This document shows, in pieces, positions 55,801 through 64,000 of a stretch of DNA of 64,000 nucleotides (the stretch's first letter is position 1; each line of letters begins with the position of its first letter). Source of the stretch: the human T2T-CHM13v2.0 reference genome, Homo sapiens. The position numbers and the translations under genes are program-made. Location of the stretch: the NCBI RefSeq assembly GCF_009914755.1, contig NC_060947.1, one strand, 5' to 3'. The notes beneath the pieces are model-generated. The model did not search any database. It was not told the origin of the DNA and saw only the letters and a list, made by a program, of their open reading frames with translations.

Positions 55801-58800
55801 TAGCTTTGAATCATCCTTTGTATTTCTGTGATATTGGTTGTAATATCTCCTGTTTTGTTACTAATTGAGCTTATTTGGATTTTCTCTCTACTTTTACTGG
55901 TTAATCTTGCTAATAGCCTATCAATTTTATTTATCTTTTTAAAGAACCAGCTTTTTGTTTTATCTTTTATATTGTTTTGTTGTTTGTTTTAATTTCGTTG
56001 ACTTTCATTCTAATCTTGGTTATTTCTTTTCTTCTGCTGGGATTGGATTTGATTTGTTCTCATTACTCTAGTTCCTTGAGGTGTGACTTTAGATTGTCTA
56101 TTTGTGCTCTTTTCAGAATTTTTGATGTAGGCATTTAATGCTATGAACATTCCTCTTAGTACTGCTTTTGCTGTATCCCAGAGGGTTTGATAGATTATGT
56201 CACTATTATCATTAAGCTCAAAGTTTTTTTAAATTTCCACCTTGATTTTACTTTGACCCTATGATCATTTGGGAGCAGGTTATTTGATTTCCAGGTATTT
56301 GCATGGTTTTTAGGGTTCCTCTTGGAGTTGATTTACAATTTTATTCCACTGTGGTCTGAGAGAGTACTTGATATGATTTTGTTTTTCTTAAATTTGTTGG
56401 GACATGTTTTGTGGTCTATCATATGGTCTATCTTCGAGAATGTTCCATTTGCTGTGAATAGAATGTATATTCTGCAGTTGTTGGGTAGAATGTTCTGTCA
56501 ATATTTGTTAAGTTCATTTGTTCTAAGGCATAGATTAAATCCATTGTTTCTTTGTTTACTTTCTGTCTTGATAACATGTCTAGTGCTGTCAGTGGAGTAT
56601 TGAAGTCCCACCCTATTATTGTGTTGCTCTCTATCTCATTTCTTAGGTCTAGTAGTCATTGTTTAATAAATTTGGGAGCTCTAGTGTTAGGTGCATATAT
56701 ATTTGTGAGTGCAATGTTTCCTGTTGGACTAGTCCTTTTATCATTTTATAATGTCTCTTTTGTCTCTATTAACTGCTGTTGCTTTAATGTTTGTTTTGTT
56801 TGATATAAGAATAGCTACTCTTGCTTGCTTTCAGTGTCCGTTTTCATGGAATATCTTTTTCTGCCCCTTTACCTTAAGTTTATGTGAGTATTTATGTGTC
56901 CGGTGAGTCTCTTAAAGATAGTAGATACTTGGTTGGTGAGTTCTTATTCATTCTTCCATTCTTTTGTTTTAGGTGGAGCATTTAAGCCATTTACATTCAA
57001 TGTTAATATTGAGATGTGAGGTAGTATTCTATTCATTATACTATTTGTTGCCTGAATACCTTGTTTTATTTAAATTGTGTTATTGTTTTATAGGTCCCAT
57101 GAGAGTTATGTTTTAAGGAGGTTCTATTTTGGTGTATTTAGAGGATTTATTTCAAGATTTAGAGCTCCTTTTAGCAGTTCTTCTAGTGTAGTGAATTATC
57201 TCGGCATTTGTTTGTCTGAAAAGACTGTATCTTTCCTTCATTTATGAATCTTAATTTCACTTGATACAAAATTCTTGGCTGATAATTGTTTTCTTTGAGG
57301 AAGCTGAAGATAGGTCCCTAATCCCTTCTAGCTTTTTGAGAAATATGTTGTTAATCTGATAGGTTTTCCTTTATAGATTGTATGGTGCTCTTTCCTTACA
57401 GCTCTTAAGATACTTTCTTTCATCTTGACTTTAGATAACCTGATGACTATGTGCCTAGGCAATAACCTTTTTGTGATGCATTTTCCAGGTGGTTTTTGAG
57501 ATTCTTAAATTTGGATGTCTAGATGTCTAGCAAGGCCAGGGAAGTTTTTCTCAATTGTTCTTTCCACTATGTTTTCCAAACTTTTAGATTTCTCTTCTTC
57601 CTTGGGAACACCAATTATTCTTAGGTTTGGTTGTTTAACATAATCCTAAACTTCCTGAAAGATTTGTTCATTTTTTAAAATTCTTTTTTCTTTCTCTTTG
57701 TTTAATTGGGTTAATTTGAAAACCTTGTCTTTGGGCACTGAAGTTCTTTCTTCTGTTTGTTTAGTTCTATTGCTGAGACTTTCCACTGCATTTCACATTT
57801 CTCTAAGTGTGTCTTTTATTTCCAGAAGTTGTGATTGTTTTTTATTTATGCTCTCTATTTCACTGAAGATTTTCCCTTCATATCTTGTGTCATTTTTTAA
57901 AATTTTATTTAGTTGGATTTCACCTTTCTCTGGTGCCTCCTTGTTTAGCTTAATAATTGATTTCTGAATTATTTTTCTGGCAATTCAGATATTTTTTGCC
58001 TTGGTTCAGATCCTTTGCTGGTGAGCTAGTGGTCTTTTGGGAGTGATAAGAAACCTTGTTTTGTCATATTACCAGAATTGTTTTTCTGGTTTCTTCTCAT
58101 TTGGGTATATTATGTCAGAGGGAAGCTCTGGGGATCAAGGACTGCTGTTCAGATTCTTTTGTCCCACAGGGTGCTCCCTTGATGTAGTGATCTCCCCCTT
58201 CCCCTAGGGATGTGGCTTCCTGAGAGATGAACTGCAGTGCTTTTTATTTGTCTTTTGGATCTAGCCACCCAGTGAAGCTACTGGCCTCTGAGCTGGTACT
58301 GTGGGGTGTCTGCACATAGTTCTCTGATGTGAACCATTTTCAGGTGTCTCAGCCATAGATTCCAGCACTGTCTCTGGTGAAAGTGGCAGGGGAATGAAAT
58401 GGACTCTGTGAAGGTCCTTAATTGTAGTTTTGTTTATTGCACTAGTTTTGTGTTGATTGGCCTCCTGCCAGGAGGTAGCACTTTCAAGAGAGCATCAATT
58501 ATGGTATTATAGGGATGATCAGGCCATGGGTGGGGCCCTAGAGCTCCCATGAAATTATGTCCTTTTTATTTGGCTACTAGGTTGGGTAGGGAAAGACCAT
58601 CAGGTGGGGGCAGGGTTAGGCATGTCTTAGCTCAGATTCCCCCTTGGAGGAGGCTTGATGCAGCTGTTGTGGGAAATGGGGGAGTGGTTCTCAGGCCAAT
58701 GCAGTTATGTTCCCAGGGGTTTGTGGGTGCCTTTGCTGGGCCTTGCAGGTCACTAGGGAAGTGGGGGAAAGCTGGCAGATACGAGCCTCACTCAGCTCCC

Positions 58801-59560
58801 ACACACCCCAGAAGGTTGGTCTCACTCCCACCATGCCCCCCTCCTCCAAAAACAGCATCAAGTTTTTTCCAGGCAGTGGGTAAGCAAGGCTGAGAACTTG
58901 CCCCAGGTTATCAACCTTCCAACTAAGAAAGCAAGCAGGGCTTTCAGGTTTTGCACCTCCCTGCCTGCCACAGCTTCCATGCTGTGTCTGCACTCTCGAT
59001 TCACCCCGTCCCACAAATTCTGTTCAGGAAACATTGTGTTCCATAGAAATTCATATAAAGTTCAACTGGAAGTTTTCTTCTTCCTGTGTTTTTTTCCCAT
59101 TTCCTCTGGCAGCCCTTCCCAAGGACCTCTGTGAGACAAAGTCATAAATGGCTTCCCTGGGGAATGAGAGAGCCCACAGGGCTCTTCCCACTACCTCTTC
59201 TACCCCTGTATTTCACTTGGCTCTCTAAATTTGTCTCAGCTCCAGGTAAGGTAAAATCCTTCTCCAGTGGTCTGGACCTTCAGGTTCCCCAGTGAGGGTG
59301 TGGGTTCAGAGGTGGAAGGTGCCCCCTTCACACTTTCACATTTTGGCACTCATGGTTTTTTGGCTGTCTGCTGGGGCCTGCAAGAGTAATCTGCTTCCTT
59401 CAAAGGGTCTGGATTCTCTCAGCTTTCCTTGTATGCTCCTGTGATAGTTCTTGGAACAAAAGTTCATGATGTGAGTCTCCACACATTGCTCCGTCCATCT
59501 GAGAGGGAGCTGTAATTTAGTCTTGTCTCCTGTCTGCCACTTTCCCAAAAATGCCCCCAC
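52826..59560 (-). mobile_element. Full-length L1PB (L1PB1/L1PBa-like), inactivated
   Basis: 5' end on minus GGGAAAGTGGCAGACAGGAGACAAGACTA..GGAGACTCACATCATGAACTTTTG. ORF2 fragments ([15 protein letters not shown]; [13 protein letters not shown]; [11 protein letters not shown]). L1PB 3'UTR and T-tail at 52826. Confidence 0.9.
55140..55450 (-). mobile_element. AluS (Sx/Sz-like) inserted in the L1PB
   Basis: T-tail then gagacagagtctcg..acctcaggtaatctgcctgcctcagcctcccaaagtgctgggattac..gtgcccagcc. Confidence 0.92.
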
Positions 59561-61344
59561 CCCTGTATTCTTTACTTTCTTAGAGAAAGAGGTGTCTTCC
59601 GCAAAGGTGGTCCCATAGACTTGGGCTTTGGAGTGATGTAGCTGTGGCCAGAGGCAGGTTGATCAAGCTATGACCAACTCTTGTTTTCTTAAGCAACCTT
59701 CCTGACTGTCCCATACCCCAGGGGATGAATATAAAAAATGATAGACATAGTCTTTACAAGTAAAGACTGATACATTTAGAGAAAAAACTCAAAGGTATTT
59801 AGCCTCTAGGATGCATATAGGCTTTATTATTCAAATTTGTAACACTCCTTTAATTGCACATCATAGTCTAAACTCATTCTTTCCCTTTTAAATTATATAA
59901 TATCTAGATGATCTGAATTCCCATTTTATCAGCTTACCAGAATCTCTAGTTATAAAGTCCAGTAAAAAATATAAAATGTTATTTCCAATAAATATCCAAG
60001 TGTTTAGGAAAGCCTCTTTCTCATTCTATTTGGTACAATGTAATTTCAAAGAAGCATAATGCAATTAAGACTCTATTATTGGCTTTTAAAATCTCTCATT
60101 CACGTCTGAATGTTAAAATTAAATGTCTTAGCTTTCAGGTGTGTTGATCACTATAAAATATGATTAAATATACAAATACCTGATCCCAAAGGAGTATCTC
60201 TATTTGCTCCAGGCCTACTGTTGTCCTCAGCACAGACAGCAAAATTTAGGTCAGCAATCAAACAACAAGTCACAAAAGGTTAATAATGGAATAAATTGCT
60301 TATCTATCTATCCATCTATCTATTAGCATTATAAATTGAATGTAGGATGACTTTCAGACTCTCCTTACTTTTCTTAACTGCTAAGAAAATGTTGGTGCCA
60401 AATGTAAATTGTTAGAGCTGTTTCTTTTTTTGTTCCTTTTTGTTTTCCTCTGAACCTTTTAACTATAGAAATGATATTCTTCTTTGGATCTTTTACAAAC
60501 TTATACCACTTCCTTTTCCTCCCCTTTTGTTTTCTCTTGCTTTAGAATCAGTGTGCCATAGTAAATTACTATGCTAATGAGAATGTGTTGTATCCCTAAT
60601 GAAGGATGGGAGAGAAAATTAGGCTGATAGCAGTGGGACTTTGGGATAGACATTTTACTGAATTATTCCACACAGATGATTAAATCATGTATTCCAAACC
60701 TGAATGAATTTTGTTTGTTCTATTAAATGGCCATACACTATATACCTAATCCCAAATGCATGCATTGGTTTCAAACATGACAAAATAAATGTGGAAGAAT
60801 CATTACCAGCCTATGCCTACAACTTCTAGAATAGTTGTGGAACTATTGAATGTTCTTCTGTTACAAGATAAAATGGATCCTCATATTTTAAAAGCTTCCC
60901 AGGGGATTATCTTAGGTCAGTCATTCGTAAATAATTCGTAAATGCCAGATTCTGATGGCTATATCAGAAACTCCCAGGGTTTTAAAAGAAAAAGTAATAA
61001 TAAATAAAAACAACAAAAACAACACTAACAGCAACAACAAAAGCTAGGAGACCTATTGAATCTGAACTTGGGAAAGATTGGAACTATGAACCTGTAATTT
61101 AATAAGTTCCCAATAAAATCCTGATAGTCTTCTTAGTATGGGGAGTACTGATTTAAAGACTGGAACTTGAGAAATGGGAAAGATAAACATGAATATATAT
61201 ATTTTACTGAAACTCACCACTGTCTTGGTAATGAAATGAGCTTGCAAGCAGTAACATAGGAAGAATTTCAACTGGAACAGAAAAGAGTACAAACAGAGAC
61301 ACCATGGCAGATAAGTGTTTTGACTATTTGAGGTATTGTAATGG

Positions 61345-61800
61345 ATACTATGTTGTGTTGTCCAGATCTCGTCCTTCAGTACCAATGTATTCACCTACAC
61401 TTTGCAGGAGTATTGCTTGCTGATGACTCCCAGCTGAGGCTTTCCCCAGAAGTTTTTTCAGCTACAGGGAATGAACTTGCCAAAAGTTATTCTGCTTCCC
61501 CAGGGACAGTCCACACCCAATGTCAGGAGCCCAGTGACACGTAAGGAGGGAATCCATTGTCCTGGCCTCATTGATTGAATTTGCAACAATTCTGAAGACC
61601 CATTCCAGGTCCAGGGATCCCCATGTAGCTGAGGCCTGTTATGCAAATGTACCACAGTTACACTTATGGCTCTGCCTAATTTTACTTTTCTCACTTCCTC
61701 CCAGCTATTGCTGCAAATAGCACTCATTAACATATTCTCTGCATGCAAATATCTGTCTTAATGTCTGTCTTCCAGTCTCCCAGGGAACATAACACAAAAT
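61345..61800 (+). mobile_element. LTR16-like (ERVL class) LTR
   Basis: ccagatctcgtccttcag..gctgatgactcccagctgagg..cagtccacacccaatg..ctgcatgcaaatatctgtctta..cagggaac resembles the recalled LTR16 consensus. Confidence 0.65.
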
Positions 61801-63720
61801 GGTTGGTCCCAGAAGTGGTCTGAGGAAGCGGAATGCAAAATGGGATTTTGATCAAAACCATTCACTAGCCAGGTGGCAATGCCAATCCCAGTACATAGCA
61901 CCTAGACTTCTCCAGAAGTGTAATTGTTAAAAAAAAATCTCCAATATTGAGCTGGAATCAGATACACTAGTGAGAAAGAATACATTGGTAAGGGCTGTAG
62001 TTCAGAGGCTTGAAACAGTTGTAATTACAAGGACAATGGAATTTGATGACTCCTGCTGAGTGACATTATTGCATTGGAAAAAGACAATGAAACATGATTA
62101 ATCAACAGTATAAGGCAAAGGGCAAAAGTCATGGCCTTTTTGGTAGCATAGAAGGAGACTCTTATCTCTTACAGCCAGAAGGCAGAAATAAGTGAGGGGA
62201 AGGATTAGAATTTAAGTATAAGTAGTGGAGCTCCAGGTATGTTTGAATTATTAGTCCTTGCAAGGCAGCTATGCCAAGGTCAAGACCATGTTTACAAAGA
62301 AGCGAAATCCTGAGATATAGGATGGAGATATCCAAGGAAATACACTTAAAACTTTGGAATCCCCAGAGTGCACTGAAACCTCTGATTTTGCAGAGGTGGT
62401 CCATTGCTCCATGTTAAAGTCTAGCACTCCTCTTCCATTAAGACAATGCCAAGATCTCTGCATTGGAAGACTACAAAAGTCCTTTCAGGATTTATCTACA
62501 TCACTGCTGCAGGCCACCAGACCAATAACCATAGTCCAGTCACAATATCATTTGTCCAGGAAAGGGATGAACCTGCTAATACAGGTTTTAACAGCTTGGC
62601 AATAACTCTGGGAGGTAGTGGTTAATGCACTTCTAGGATGACTTTTGGAAACTTGGAGAGTGATGGTCCACACTGTGTAATGCAGAAATGAATGAATTTC
62701 CATGTCAGACAGTAGAAGAAGGAATCAACAGTTTTAGAAAAGTGGACCTACACGTGTATATACTACATAAGGATGGAAAATTTACCAACCAATTACGTTC
62801 TCTGGGAAGGCTCTATTTATCATAATAATTAATAGAGTGGTGAGAGTTACCAGCATTGTTGATAATGTCTTGGTTGTCCTCTGTAGGCCATGGGTGATAG
62901 TACGAGGTTCACTTTATAGTATCAAGCTCTCTGATGTCAATGACAACGATAGGTTCCTGAAATGCTAAAGTATAGGTGATGGTATTTACATGTAATAAGC
63001 AAAACAGGTGCAATTAGTATAATGAGTAGCAAGTTAATAGTCACAACCAGAAAAGCCTGACCCAAAAAGAGCCATAAAGTTAGTTAATAAAAAATAGAGT
63101 CCCCAGAGACAAGTTGGCAACCAGCTAACAAGGTATTGCTGAATCTATACCGTCTAGATATATCAAGGAATAGTGACCAGGAGGCTGATTTTAGCTCTCC
63201 CCTCAAAGTTTCAATTCATTGCTCAATTTCCTGTTTTTAGATCCAGATTAATGAATTTAAAAACAAGCAGTCTGCTTATAAAGTCTCCCCCACAAGTGTA
63301 TATAGTAATATTCCCCTAGAACTTTCACAAATGAACTTATAGTTATTTTCTTGGATAACTTAACCCTGGGGCACAGGAAATAACAGACATTTTTGAGACA
63401 CAGACATAATAGCTGAATAAAAATTGATATCTAGGGACCTAAAGAGTCAGCATAGCTTCTCTTTTAGAGAAGATATACATAAAATATGGTGCCAGGTCTA
63501 GCTCATAAGAGCCCATTTATTCCACAGAACCATTTGTTCATCAATAATCAGACCCCAAATGTATATTGGGATAGACATTCCTGGAAATTAAAGGAAACCT
63601 TAAATGAGTTACTTGGCCATTGGGGTAAAAGTTAACTCTGTGGGGAAAGCCAAGACATAGCCTCTGAAATTGACCCCTCATTTCAGCAAATATAGTACAT
63701 ACACATACACACTGTATTTG
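61801..63720 (+). mobile_element. HERV16/ERVL-like internal sequence, highly degraded
   Basis: Begins gttggtcccagaagtggtctgaggaagc (Leu-tRNA PBS-like start of ERVL-class internals). Degraded gag/pro-like motifs (ggaatcaacagttttagaaaagtgg, atattgggatagacattcctgg). Confidence 0.6.
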
Positions 63721-63726
63721 CTGGAG

Positions 63727-63767
<41 letters not shown>

Positions 63768-63935
63768 AACACATATACATATACATATATATACATATAC
63801 ATATATATGTATATGTATATATGTGTATATATATGTATATATGTGTATATATGTGTATATATGTATATATATGTATATATATGTGTATATATGTATATAT
63901 GTGTATATATATATGTATATATGTATATATATGTA

Positions 63936-63994
<59 letters not shown>
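63727..63994. repeat. Compound (TA)n/(CA)n/(TATG)n/(TG)n microsatellite
   Basis: About 270 bp of alternating purine-pyrimidine sequence, read directly. Confidence 0.95.
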
Positions 63995-63996
<2 letters not shown>

Positions 63997-64000
63997 TAGT

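Noticed and set aside
60880-61165. Possible MER5-like DNA transposon remnants
   Set aside because: Only short motif resemblance; too degraded to call.
63541-63999. Tyr/Ile-rich ORFs
   Set aside because: Translation of a TA microsatellite.

Overview
AT-rich primate (human-like) genomic DNA made up mostly of nested transposable elements: many LINE-1 pieces from ancient L1M to young L1PA3-like, a MER4-group ERV1 provirus, a THE1D MaLR provirus, solo THE1/MST LTRs, LTR16/HERV16-like sequence, two Alus, a MIR and microsatellites. The L1 density is X-chromosome-like (inference). I find no intact protein-coding gene; nearly all listed ORFs are L1/LTR fragments or spurious. The non-repeat content is three dead genes and one snRNA fragment. 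(1) A BTG3 processed pseudogene (18.1-19.4 kb), not identifiable from the ORF track, whose start codon sits in a ~28-bp micro-inversion. (2) A tailless 36-nt U1 snRNA retrocopy inside it, with a perfect 15-bp TSD. (3) A full-length ACTRT1-like pseudogene (22.6-23.7 kb, minus) that looks DNA-duplicated rather than retroposed. (4) A PRR23D-like proline-rich gene (51.7-52.6 kb, minus) with frameshifts and a full-length L1PB just upstream. I see no evidence for a new functional system. The best leads are the PRR23D-like and ACTRT1-like relics as possible lineage-specific gene losses, plus several unusual retrotransposition junctions. Family and subfamily names come from recalled consensus or protein sequences, not database searches, and repeat boundaries are approximate unless a TSD is quoted.
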